64,000 nt of DNA from Myxococcota bacterium (lineage in GTDB: Bacteria; Myxococcota_A; UBA9160; JAFDDA01), in assembly GCA_965228475.1 (NCBI GenBank), contig OZ245817.1:4928001-4992000 (forward strand). The letters run 5' to 3'. Position 1 is the first letter of the stretch. Each line of letters begins with the position of its first letter. A model generated the notes under the pieces. It did no database searches. It saw only the letters and a list, made by a program, of their open reading frames with translations, and was not told the origin of the DNA. Positions 12,387 through 21,089 of this stretch are shown here, in pieces. Both the position numbers and the translations under genes were made by a program.

Positions 12387-14300
12387 ATGCGGAAGCTGTT
12401 GCGGTGGAACCCGGGGGGCGCGCGTCCTCTTCTCTGGCTGGTCTTCGCGCCGGCGTTCGCGCTGGCCTTCATGTTGGGCGCGGTCGCGGAAGCACGCGCC
12501 GTCGAGCGGTACCAGGGCCACATCGAGTTCGGCGCCCGTCCGGGAAGCGACCGCCTCCTCGGTGAAGGCGAGCTCTTCATCCCCGTCTGGCAGAACGAGC
12601 GCTCCCTCGCCTTCTTCAACGTGATCGGCCGCCTCGACGACGAGGACTCCCGGGAGGGCAACTGGGGCCTCGGCTTCCGCCGCATCGTCGCGGACGAGGT
12701 GATCGTCGGCGGCTACGGATTCTTCGACCTGCGGCGCACGCCGAACGGCAACGCCTTCCGGCAGGGCACGATCGGTTTCGACCTGCTCACCCGCACCCTC
12801 GATCTGCGCCTGAACGTCTACCTGCCCGAGGCCACCCAGCGCGAGGTCGACGGCACCGCCAGCGCGAACGTCTTCGCCGCGGGCACGGGCTTTCGCATCA
12901 CGAGCCAGGCGGAGACGCGCGAGCGCGCGCTGCCCGGCGTCGACTTCGAGATCGGCTCGCGCGTGCCGCTCCTCCCGACCGACACGCGCGTCTACCTCGC
13001 CGGGTTCCACTTCGACGCGGACGGCTACGAACACATGACCGGCGTGCGCGGCCGGATCGAGACGCGCCTGCTCGACCTGCCGTTCCTCGGCTACGGCTCG
13101 GAGCTCGTGGTCGGGTTCGAAGGCCAGTGGGACACCGTCCGCCACGCCGACGTGCGCGGGCTGACCCGCATCCGCATCCCCTTCGGCCGCCTGCGCGGGC
13201 CGAAGACGCCGCCTCCCTCCCAGGAGCTCTCCCGTCTCGAGCGCCGCATGACGACCCGGGTGGTGCGCGACGTCGACGTCGTAGCCGGGCTGCGCGAGGC
13301 CCCGGTGGTCGAAGAGGCGGCGCGGATCTCGCTCGGCGGGAAGCTCTTCGCCGGTTTCGACGGCACGCTCGTCGCCGGCGATCCGCTGACGGCCGACGTC
13401 GCGGCCGCCGGCGCGGGCGCGCTGCTGCTCGTCGACGGCAGCGCCGGCACGCTCACGACCGCGAGCCGGATCGACCTGCAGCCCGGCCAGACCCTGGTGG
13501 GAGGCGGGAGCGTCCTGTCCATCGTGGGTGCGGCGAGCGGAAGGACCTTCTCGGTCTTCGCGCCCGGCAGCCGGCCGACGATCCTCGGGACGGCCGGGAA
13601 CCGCGAGATCTTCCGGACCGCGGACGGAACGCGGCTCGAGGGCCTCGACCTGCGCGGCGGGCGCGACGGGATCGACGTGCGCGCCTCGGACGGCGTGACG
13701 CTGCGCGATCTCACCGTCGCCGGAACCGGCCGCCGCGGCGCGATCGTCCGCACCAACTCGAGCAACGTCCTCTTCCAGGACGTCCGCTTCTCGAACACCG
13801 GGAACGAAGGGCTCCGCGTCGTGAGCTCCACCGGGGTGACCCTCGACGGCGTGAGCATCTCGGGTGCGGGGGGCTCGGCCGGGCTCCGCATCCAGAACGC
13901 GACGAACCTCGCGATCCGGAACCTCGCGATCGAGAACACCAACCAGCGGGGCCTCTGGGTGCGGAACGCGACGAACGTCTCGCTCCTCGGCGCGAGCGTC
14001 CGCAACACGAACAACGAGGGCGTCCGCCTTCAGGGAAGCAACGGCGTGACGCTCGACGGCCTGACCGTCTTCGGTGCCGGCGGCGCCGCCGGCCTGCGCA
14101 TCCACGCGACCGACGCCGTCGTCTTCCGCAACGGCTCGATCACCGGCTCGACGAACCGTGGCATCCGCTTCAGCGGCACGAGCAACGGCATCTCGGGGAG
14201 CGGGAACACCGTCACCGGCAACGGCTCCCAGGACTGCTTCAACGGCGGGACGGTGAACGCCTCGACGCTCACGATCAACGGCGGAACGCCCTGCCCCTAG
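12387..14300 (+). CDS. Inverse-autotransporter-like beta-barrel plus right-handed beta-helix passenger
   Basis: Signal peptide; EGNWGLGFRR, GGYGFFD, LRLNVYLP, G(V)DFEIG, RMTTRVVRD (intimin/invasin barrel-like); C-terminal ~23-aa N/G-rich repeats. Confidence 0.72.
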   Translation: MRKLLRWNPGGARPLLWLVFAPAFALAFMLGAVAEARAVERYQGHIEFGARPGSDRLLGEGELFIPVWQNERSLAFFNVIGRLDDEDSREGNWGLGFRRIVADEVIVGGYGFFDLRRTPNGNAFRQGTIGFDLLTRTLDLRLNVYLPEATQREVDGTASANVFAAGTGFRITSQAETRERALPGVDFEIGSRVPLLPTDTRVYLAGFHFDADGYEHMTGVRGRIETRLLDLPFLGYGSELVVGFEGQWDTVRHADVRGLTRIRIPFGRLRGPKTPPPSQELSRLERRMTTRVVRDVDVVAGLREAPVVEEAARISLGGKLFAGFDGTLVAGDPLTADVAAAGAGALLLVDGSAGTLTTASRIDLQPGQTLVGGGSVLSIVGAASGRTFSVFAPGSRPTILGTAGNREIFRTADGTRLEGLDLRGGRDGIDVRASDGVTLRDLTVAGTGRRGAIVRTNSSNVLFQDVRFSNTGNEGLRVVSSTGVTLDGVSISGAGGSAGLRIQNATNLAIRNLAIENTNQRGLWVRNATNVSLLGASVRNTNNEGVRLQGSNGVTLDGLTVFGAGGAAGLRIHATDAVVFRNGSITGSTNRGIRFSGTSNGISGSGNTVTGNGSQDCFNGGTVNASTLTINGGTPCP

Positions 14301-14306
14301 GTCCGG

Positions 14307-15101
14307 CTAGACCTCGATGCCCTGGACGCCCGGCTGGTCGTAGCGGCCGTGCAGGAACGGCAGCAGCCAATCGCCCGGGACGCTTCGCAGCACCCGGCCG
14401 TTGCTCTTCGTCGTGCCTTCCTCGTACTCCATGCGCACGATCCGATGGACCGGCAGGTCCGCCACCGGGTCGAAGGGCGAATCGCGCAGGACGACCTCCC
14501 CCTCCATCTGCGCGCTGCGCGTGTGTTCGTGCTGCCATTCGAGCTGCACGAGGATCGGGTCGCCGTCGAAGTCGCGGCCCGGGTCGCAGGACGGCAGGGC
14601 CTTGAAGCAGAAGGCGTGCTCCGAGAACTTGCGCGGCCCGATGGCGTCGCCGATTCGCCCGCGCACGGCGATGTACGGGATGCCCATGCGCGTGACGCGG
14701 CCGCCGATCTCCGGGCCGTCGAGATCGAACTCGATGTCCGCGATCTTCTTCGGCTCCCCGTAGGTCTCGCGCCCGCCGATCACCGCGGCCTCGGAGGTCA
14801 TCGGCATCGTGAGCAGATAGAGGCCTTCGCTGCCCTCATACCGGGCCGTGACGCCGAAGATCGTCGAGCCGATCTCGATGGTCATCTCCGGCGAGACGTG
14901 GATCGAAACCTGCGAGAGGGTGACCTGCACCTCGGGCCGCGGGCCGGGCTCGAGCGGCTGGGGGATCACGGCCTTCACCACCGCGGGCTCCGTTTCGTAG
15001 ACGGTCCGGATCGAGCGCACGGTGCTGCGCAGGAACTCCGGGTCGTTGTCCTTGGCCTTGGCGAGCTCCTCAGCGCCCTTCACCCAGCGAACCTGACTCA
15101 T
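14307..15101 (-). CDS. Acetoacetate decarboxylase-like family protein
   Basis: GGRETYGEPKK Schiff-base Lys motif, SPFDPVADLP. Confidence 0.85.
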   Translation of the reverse strand: MSQVRWVKGAEELAKAKDNDPEFLRSTVRSIRTVYETEPAVVKAVIPQPLEPGPRPEVQVTLSQVSIHVSPEMTIEIGSTIFGVTARYEGSEGLYLLTMPMTSEAAVIGGRETYGEPKKIADIEFDLDGPEIGGRVTRMGIPYIAVRGRIGDAIGPRKFSEHAFCFKALPSCDPGRDFDGDPILVQLEWQHEHTRSAQMEGEVVLRDSPFDPVADLPVHRIVRMEYEEGTTKSNGRVLRSVPGDWLLPFLHGRYDQPGVQGIEV

Positions 15102-16297
15102 GACGTGGCTCCTTTCGAAGATCCGAACGTTCCCTTTTCCGGCCCGATGCTCGCGACGATGGGCGCGAGCTTCTCTTCGTCGAAGCCGTAGACCCGCGCG
15201 GCGTTGCCGCCGAGCATGGCTTCGAGCTCGTCCTCGGGCAGGCCGTCGAAGGTCTCGTGCAGCTGCTCCGATGTCTCGGGCCAGGTGCCTTCGGGGTGCG
15301 GGAAGTCGCTTCCCCACATGATGTTGCCGACGCCGATTTCATGGCGGAGATCCGCCTCCCGGCGCGGCATGCAGGAGGCGCCGTAGAAGACGTTGCGCCG
15401 GAAGTACTCCGACGGCTTCATCGAGAGGTGCGAGCGGTAGTCGCCGAGCTTCGCCGCGTAGTGGGTTTCCTCGTAGCGGAAGTCGAGCAGCCGCATGAGC
15501 TCGGGCGCCCAGATGCAGGTGCCCTCGGTGATGGCGACCTTGAGGCGCGGGAAGCGCTCGAAGACGCCGGCCCAGACGAGATGGGTGAGCGGCCGCGCCG
15601 TCCACCAGGCGACCTCGGAGATGTAGATGCCGACCATGCCCGGGCCTTCGCCGAAGTCCTTCATCGGTGCGCCGCCCGAGTGGAAGTTCACGACGAGATC
15701 GTGGTCCTGGCAGGCGGCCCAGAGCGGGTCGTAGCGCGGGTCCTGGTAGGACGGGTTCGACCCCCAGTGGCACGGGAAGAGCACCGAGCGGAGCCCGTTC
15801 TCCCGCGCCCAGGCGATCTCGCGCACGGACTCCTCGACGTCCCAGAGCGCCGGCACGATCGCCACGCCCGCGCGCCGCTCGGGCGCCATCTGACAGAACT
15901 CCGCGAGCCAGCGGTTGTGCGCCCGCGCACCGGCCCACTGGAGCTCCGGCACGACCTCGTCGACCGGGAGCGAGAGGCCCGCGCCGAAGGGCGGCATGTT
16001 CATCTCGGTGATGCCGTCCGGGAAGATCACCTCCCCGGCGATGCCCTCGGCGTCCATCACCTTCGTGCGCTGGTCGTGGTCCCACGCGCCGGAGAGCGCT
16101 TCGTCGGCGAGGCCCGAGCGCCAGGCGTCGTTGGCTTCGTCGACGAGGAACTTCTTGGCCGCTTCCTTGGTGCGCTCGATCTGGATCGGCAGCGCGACGT
16201 CGAAGGCGTCCCGGTACTTCGGGTCGACGTACTCGCGGTAGCGGTCGGGCAGGAGGCCGGCGTGGCCGTCGGAGGAGAGGACGAGGTAGCGGTTCAT
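15098..16297 (-). CDS. Amidohydrolase family protein (amidohydro_2-like)
   Basis: SSDGHAG, RAHNRWLAEFC, GVFERFPRLK, MWGSDFPHPEG. Confidence 0.9.
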   Translation of the reverse strand: MNRYLVLSSDGHAGLLPDRYREYVDPKYRDAFDVALPIQIERTKEAAKKFLVDEANDAWRSGLADEALSGAWDHDQRTKVMDAEGIAGEVIFPDGITEMNMPPFGAGLSLPVDEVVPELQWAGARAHNRWLAEFCQMAPERRAGVAIVPALWDVEESVREIAWARENGLRSVLFPCHWGSNPSYQDPRYDPLWAACQDHDLVVNFHSGGAPMKDFGEGPGMVGIYISEVAWWTARPLTHLVWAGVFERFPRLKVAITEGTCIWAPELMRLLDFRYEETHYAAKLGDYRSHLSMKPSEYFRRNVFYGASCMPRREADLRHEIGVGNIMWGSDFPHPEGTWPETSEQLHETFDGLPEDELEAMLGGNAARVYGFDEEKLAPIVASIGPEKGTFGSSKGATS

Positions 16298-17256
16298 GTG
16301 ACGGGCTCCGAGTAGAACTGCTTCGTCCACTGACGGAAGTGGGCGAGGTAGGTGTCGGCTTCGCAAAGCACCGGCCGGGCCCGGTGCACCTTGTTCTTCC
16401 AGATGCGCAGGTCTTCGAGGACGCCCTTCGTGAGCCCCGTCATCCACTCCTCGCCCGCGACGTCGGCCATGTTGTTCGTGACCGTGAGCGCCCAGCGCGA
16501 GATGCAGTTCTCGGCGTCGATCGGCGTGGTCGAGGTGAACATCAGGAGGCCCGCGCCGGGGATGCCCTTCGTGCGCACGCTCGAGATTCCGATCTGCCAG
16601 GTGTCGCGTTCGAGCACCGTGTGGAACGTTCCGAAGGGCGTCTTCCGCTCGCCCTCGTCGGTGATGCGGAAGAAGCGGCTGTCCTCGCCGAACTCGATCT
16701 TCGACTGCTCGGGCAGGTCCTGCATGCTGTGGACGTAGTGGAAGTGGACCGGATCGCAGTTGTTCTCGCTCATCTCCTGGAGATGGGCGGGGACCTCCAT
16801 CTCGTGGAGCCGCGGCTCCGTCCACTCGGCGTCCGAGAACTCGGGCATGATCGGGACGTCCCACTCGGGCGCCTTCCCCTCGGCGTGGTACCAGACGAAG
16901 ATCATCCGGTTCGCCTCGAGCACCGGCCAGGCGCGCACGCGCGCGCGCGGCGGGATCTTCTCGCAGTAGGGGATCTCGACGCACTCGCCCGTGTCGCCAT
17001 CGAAGCGCCAGGCGTGGAACGGACAGCGCAGCGTGTTGCCGTGCACTCGCCCGCCTTCGCCGAGGTGGGCGCCGAGGTGCGGGCAGTAGGCGTCGAGCAC
17101 CTTCGCTTCGCCTTCGCGCGAGCGGAAGAGCACCAGGTCTTCACCGAAGACGCGCGTCGGCTTCACGTCGCCCGGCAGGAGATCCCGGCTCCACCCGACG
17201 GCGAACCAGCCGTTGGGCAGGGGCAACGCGGTGTGGTGTCGGCTCTCGGTGTTCAT
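16294..17256 (-). CDS. Rieske oxygenase, KshA/Neverland-like
   Basis: PNGWF, DAYCPHLGA...CPFHAW, ENNCDPVHFHYVH, DLRIWKNK, FRQWTKQFY. Confidence 0.88.
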   Translation of the reverse strand: MNTESRHHTALPLPNGWFAVGWSRDLLPGDVKPTRVFGEDLVLFRSREGEAKVLDAYCPHLGAHLGEGGRVHGNTLRCPFHAWRFDGDTGECVEIPYCEKIPPRARVRAWPVLEANRMIFVWYHAEGKAPEWDVPIMPEFSDAEWTEPRLHEMEVPAHLQEMSENNCDPVHFHYVHSMQDLPEQSKIEFGEDSRFFRITDEGERKTPFGTFHTVLERDTWQIGISSVRTKGIPGAGLLMFTSTTPIDAENCISRWALTVTNNMADVAGEEWMTGLTKGVLEDLRIWKNKVHRARPVLCEADTYLAHFRQWTKQFYSEPVT

Positions 17257-17882
17257 GCCTGTTCTCCGTCGAGGGCGATGGCGCTGGCGAGAAAGCGGCC
17301 CGCTGCGGTGGCGCGCTCGCGCAGCGGATAGCCTTCGAAGTTCGTCCAGGAGAGCATCAGCGCGTAGTACGCGCCGAGGAGCATCTCGACGAGGGTCTCC
17401 TCGTCGTGTTCACGGGTCACGTCGCCGGCCTCGAGTCCGTCGCGGACGATGCCGGCCAGGGAGTCGTGGAGCTTCTGCGCGACGCCCTCGGGGTGGTTCG
17501 CGTGGGTGAAGCGGATGATCTCGTGGACGAGCTCCGGGCGCAGGGCGCCGGCGTCCTCGCAGCGATCGGCGAGCCACTCGAAGAAGCAGCGGATGCGCTC
17601 GCGCGAGGTCATCGGCTGCTTGCGCAGCTCCTCGACCCCGGCGAGGTGCTCGTCCATGGCGAAGCGCGCGATCGCTTCGAGCAGGTGCTGCTTCGAGGGG
17701 AAGTGGTTGAAGAAGGTCTTGTGGGCGACGTCCGCGCGTTCGCTGATCTCGCTGACCTTGGTGGCTTCGAAGCCCTGCTCGTCGAACAGGGCGATGGCGG
17801 CGGCGACGATGCGCCCGCGCACCTCGAGCTTGCGTCGTTCGCGGCGCGAGAGGGTCGGGTCCAGGGCGTCGAGGTCCGTCAT
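17253..17882 (-). CDS. TetR family transcriptional regulator
   Basis: RRERRK...ISERADVAHKTFFNHFPSK. Confidence 0.92.
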   Translation of the reverse strand: MTDLDALDPTLSRRERRKLEVRGRIVAAAIALFDEQGFEATKVSEISERADVAHKTFFNHFPSKQHLLEAIARFAMDEHLAGVEELRKQPMTSRERIRCFFEWLADRCEDAGALRPELVHEIIRFTHANHPEGVAQKLHDSLAGIVRDGLEAGDVTREHDEETLVEMLLGAYYALMLSWTNFEGYPLRERATAAGRFLASAIALDGEQA

Positions 17883-17903
17883 CGCCGGGATCCTGACACT
17901 GCC

Positions 17904-17935
17904 TGCACTCGATTGCAAGAGTATATTCGAGTGTA
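17904..17935. promoter_or_regulatory. Tandem imperfect palindromes (~TRCACTCGAGTGYA), candidate TetR operators
   Basis: tgcactcgattgca 17904-17917 and tatattcgagtgta 17922-17935 in an AT-rich promoter region. Confidence 0.55.
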
Positions 17936-17989
17936 ACTATGTCCCCGGCAGGGAAATTTCCGCTGCAAAAACGGAACCTTGGACGATGG

Positions 17990-19066
17990 CTAGGGCGCCG
18001 TGCCGGAGGGGCCGGGGAGGCCCGAGGTGAAGCCCGGCAGGAATTTGATGAAGTCGTCGACGTTCACGAAGCCGTCGCTCGTCATGTCCGTGCCGGATCC
18101 GGAGTCGAAGCCGCTCTGGAAGTCCGGGAGGAAGACGAGGAAGTCGTCGACGTTGCAGAACCCGTCGCCGGTGAAGTCGCAGTCGCAGCAGTCGCCGTAC
18201 TGGTCGCCGTCCGCGTCGTCCTGGTTCGGGTTGAACTCGTTGATGCAGTTGTCGTCGGCGTCGCTGACGCCGTCGCCGTCGGAGTCCGAGAAGGGCATCA
18301 CCGAGATGGCGTCGAGGTTGGCCCCCGCCCAGGCGCCGTGCTCGGCGTCGCCGTCGTAGCTGAGCTCCCAGGTTCCGCCGACCGGGTCGTACTCGAGCAC
18401 GTCCTCGTCGGCAAAGGTCACGCCGCCGACGGTCCCGCCCGTGTCGAAGGAGAGCAGCAGGTTGCCGTTGATCGAAAGGCGATCCGCTCCGTCGAGGTCG
18501 AGGGCCGTGCCGACGCCCGCCGCCGAGCCGTCGAAGAACAGGCTGAAGGCGCCGGTTCCCGCGTCGAAGCGCACGAGATCCTCGTCGTGGGCCACGACGC
18601 CGCCCGCGAGGGCGACGGTGATGTCGAAGGAGAGGAGCAGGTCGCCGTCCTCGGCGCGAGCCACGGCGTCGACGCGCGCGCCGGCGGGCACGCCGTTGGC
18701 AGCTGCGTCGAACTCGAGGGAATAGGTGGCGCCGTCCCAGCGCGCGACGTCCGCTCGCGTGGTGACGCCGGCGCCCGGCAGGTTCGTCGTGATGTCGAGG
18801 GAGAGCAGCCGGTCGGTGCCGCCGCCGTCGTGGGTGGCATCGAGATCCGCGGCGCCGGGCACGGGGCCGACGTCGAGCAGGTTCACCGTGCCGGCGAGGT
18901 CATCCTCGGCGACGTCTTCGTGCATGACGGTCTGGCCGCCGAGGTTCACCGTGATGTCCGGCGAAACGTCGAGGGCGGGAAGCGATGTGGCCGCGGTCGC
19001 CGGGGATGCCACGGAAAGCGCGAGCGCGGCGAGAGCGGAGAGGGACCAACCTTGGAGCTTCGACAT
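17990..19066 (-). CDS. Secreted acidic repeat protein with a TSP3-like Ca-binding repeat and a dockerin-like C-terminus
   Basis: Signal peptide; repeated LLSFD...DEDL; DSDGDGVSDADDNC...NPNQ; two DxTxDGxxNVDDF motifs; ends GLPGPSG. Confidence 0.72.
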   Translation of the reverse strand: MSKLQGWSLSALAALALSVASPATAATSLPALDVSPDITVNLGGQTVMHEDVAEDDLAGTVNLLDVGPVPGAADLDATHDGGGTDRLLSLDITTNLPGAGVTTRADVARWDGATYSLEFDAAANGVPAGARVDAVARAEDGDLLLSFDITVALAGGVVAHDEDLVRFDAGTGAFSLFFDGSAAGVGTALDLDGADRLSINGNLLLSFDTGGTVGGVTFADEDVLEYDPVGGTWELSYDGDAEHGAWAGANLDAISVMPFSDSDGDGVSDADDNCINEFNPNQDDADGDQYGDCCDCDFTGDGFCNVDDFLVFLPDFQSGFDSGSGTDMTSDGFVNVDDFIKFLPGFTSGLPGPSGTAP

Positions 19067-19107
19067 CAGGGCCTCCAGCCGCCGGGTCGGCCCGGCTTCC
19101 AGGCCCC

Positions 19108-20283
19108 TCAATCTATCATGGATGGCCGAGCCGCCTCGCGGTCCGATTCCCCTGCGTCGACGAGGGTTTCGAGGAGCCCGAGGGTGCGCTCGGCCAGCTC
19201 CGGCCAGGCGTGGTGGCGCTCGAGATGGGCGCGCCCGGCCGCGCCGAGCCGCCGCGCGAGGCCACGGTCTTCGAGCAACAGGCAGAGGGCGTCGGCCCAG
19301 TCCTCGGCGCCGGCCGTGTCCGGGAGCAGCCAGGCCTCGCGTGCGTGGGTGAGGCCCGCGGCCACGCCGGCGTGCGCGAGCACGGGGCGCCCCGCCTCCA
19401 GGTAGTTCAGGAGCTTGATCGGGAAGCCGCCGGGGAGTCGGCGCGGAAGCACGGCCGCGCCGCAGGCGTGCAGCAGTGTGCGGACCTCCCGGGGGTTTGC
19501 GATCTCGAGAACCTCGAGGTGGGCGAAGTCCGCACCCTCCGCGTCGTGGGTCGCGACGACGACGCGCGTCTCGGGGATCCGCGCCGCCGCCGCGTCGAGG
19601 GTGGCGAGGTCCTGGTAGCCGTCGACGTTTCCCGCATAGAGCACGAAGGCGCCGGGCTCGAGGCCATGCCGCTTGCATGCGCCGAGCTGCTCGTCGCTCC
19701 CGATCTCCGGGCCGGGCACCAGACCCGGAGGGATGCATTCGACCGGCCCCCGCGCGAAGGGAGCCAGGGCAGCGCTCGCGGCTTCGCACAGCGTCACGAC
19801 CGCGTCGGCGCGCCCGGCCAGGAAACGCTCGAGCTTCCCGCCCGCGGAGGCGAGTGCCCGCGCCGCGGAGGCCCGCCCGTAGGTCGGCAGCTCGTGACAC
19901 AGGAGCGTGTGGGCGAGATAGACCACCGGTGCATCGAGGAAGCGCCGCACGAGCAGGGCGGCCGCGGTGGCCTCGGCGTTGTGGGCGACGACGGCGTCGA
20001 AGGGTTCACGCCGCGCGCTGCGCAGGAGGTGCCTCGCGAGGGCGAGGTCCGCGATCGCCTTCTTCGGGTGCGGACGCGAGCGCAGGCCCTGCGGCGTCAC
20101 CGCCGCCGAGGTCCGCACCGTCGGAAGATCCGTCTCCCCGCGCGAGGCCTCGCCCGTCGCGCCGTAACAGAAGAGCGTCACGTCCGCGCCCGTTTCTTCG
20201 AGGGCGCGCGCCTGTTCGGCGACGAAGACCTGGGAGCCCTGGTGCGAAGGGAACGGCGCCGCGAGGACCAGCGCGATGCGCAC
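19108..20283 (-). CDS. Glycosyltransferase family 4 (GT-B)
   Basis: LYAGNVDGYQ, GFPIKLLNYLEAGRP; GTG start inferred. Confidence 0.85.
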   Translation of the reverse strand: MRIALVLAAPFPSHQGSQVFVAEQARALEETGADVTLFCYGATGEASRGETDLPTVRTSAAVTPQGLRSRPHPKKAIADLALARHLLRSARREPFDAVVAHNAEATAAALLVRRFLDAPVVYLAHTLLCHELPTYGRASAARALASAGGKLERFLAGRADAVVTLCEAASAALAPFARGPVECIPPGLVPGPEIGSDEQLGACKRHGLEPGAFVLYAGNVDGYQDLATLDAAAARIPETRVVVATHDAEGADFAHLEVLEIANPREVRTLLHACGAAVLPRRLPGGFPIKLLNYLEAGRPVLAHAGVAAGLTHAREAWLLPDTAGAEDWADALCLLLEDRGLARRLGAAGRAHLERHHAWPELAERTLGLLETLVDAGESDREAARPSMID

Positions 20284-20285
20284 GG

Positions 20286-21089
20286 CTAGCGGCGTCGCGA
20301 CACGCGCGCCAGGCGGCGTCGCGGCGCGCGGCCGAGTTCCCGGCGGAAGCGCACCAGCTCGTGGAGCGCGCGCCAGATCACGCGGGGCCGTGCGCCGCTC
20401 TGGCGCCCGTGGCGGCGCGGGCGGTGGGAGACCGGCACCTGGTGGATGCGGAAGCCCGCGAGCTGCGCGCGCAGCAGGATCTCGGTGTTCACGAAGGCGC
20501 CGACCGAGCGCAGGTCGATCCCGTCGAGCACTTCGCGGCGGAAGAGCTTGAAGGCGCAGTCGATGTCGCGCACGCGCAGGCCGAAGACGATCCGCACGAG
20601 GCTTCCCCAGCCGAAGGCGAGGAAGCGGCGCGGCCAGGGGTCGCGCCGGGGCGCGCGGTAGCCGGCGACGACGTCGAACTCGTCGGCGTGGTCGAGGAGC
20701 TCGCGGAGCTCGGCGAGGTCGAACTGGAGGTCCGCGTCGCTGAAGAAGACGAGCCGCCCGCGCGCCGCGCCCAGGCCCGTGCGCAAGGCGGCGCCATAGC
20801 CGCGGTTCGCCGCGTGGGAGACGAGCCGGACGCGCGGGTCGCCGCCGCGGGCGCGCTCCACCGCCTCCCCGCTGCCGTCGCGCGAGCCGTCGTCGACGAT
20901 CACCACCTCGAAGCTCGCCGCGAGCTGCGGCGCGAGCTCGCGGGTGTGCGCGAGCAGGGGCACGACGTTCGGGGCCTCGTCGAACATCGGATAGATGATC
21001 GAGAGCTCGGGGGCTTCGGCGGCGGGGTCCGGCGTCGCGGGCGCGGCGGCGCCGGCGACGCCGGCCAGCGCTCGGGAGGGCTCCGTCAT
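20286..21089 (-). CDS. Glycosyltransferase family 2 (polyprenol-phosphate glycosyltransferase-like)
   Basis: VDDGSRDGS, NRGYGAA, DADLQFD, DIDCAFKL. Confidence 0.92.
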   Translation of the reverse strand: MTEPSRALAGVAGAAAPATPDPAAEAPELSIIYPMFDEAPNVVPLLAHTRELAPQLAASFEVVIVDDGSRDGSGEAVERARGGDPRVRLVSHAANRGYGAALRTGLGAARGRLVFFSDADLQFDLAELRELLDHADEFDVVAGYRAPRRDPWPRRFLAFGWGSLVRIVFGLRVRDIDCAFKLFRREVLDGIDLRSVGAFVNTEILLRAQLAGFRIHQVPVSHRPRRHGRQSGARPRVIWRALHELVRFRRELGRAPRRRLARVSRRR

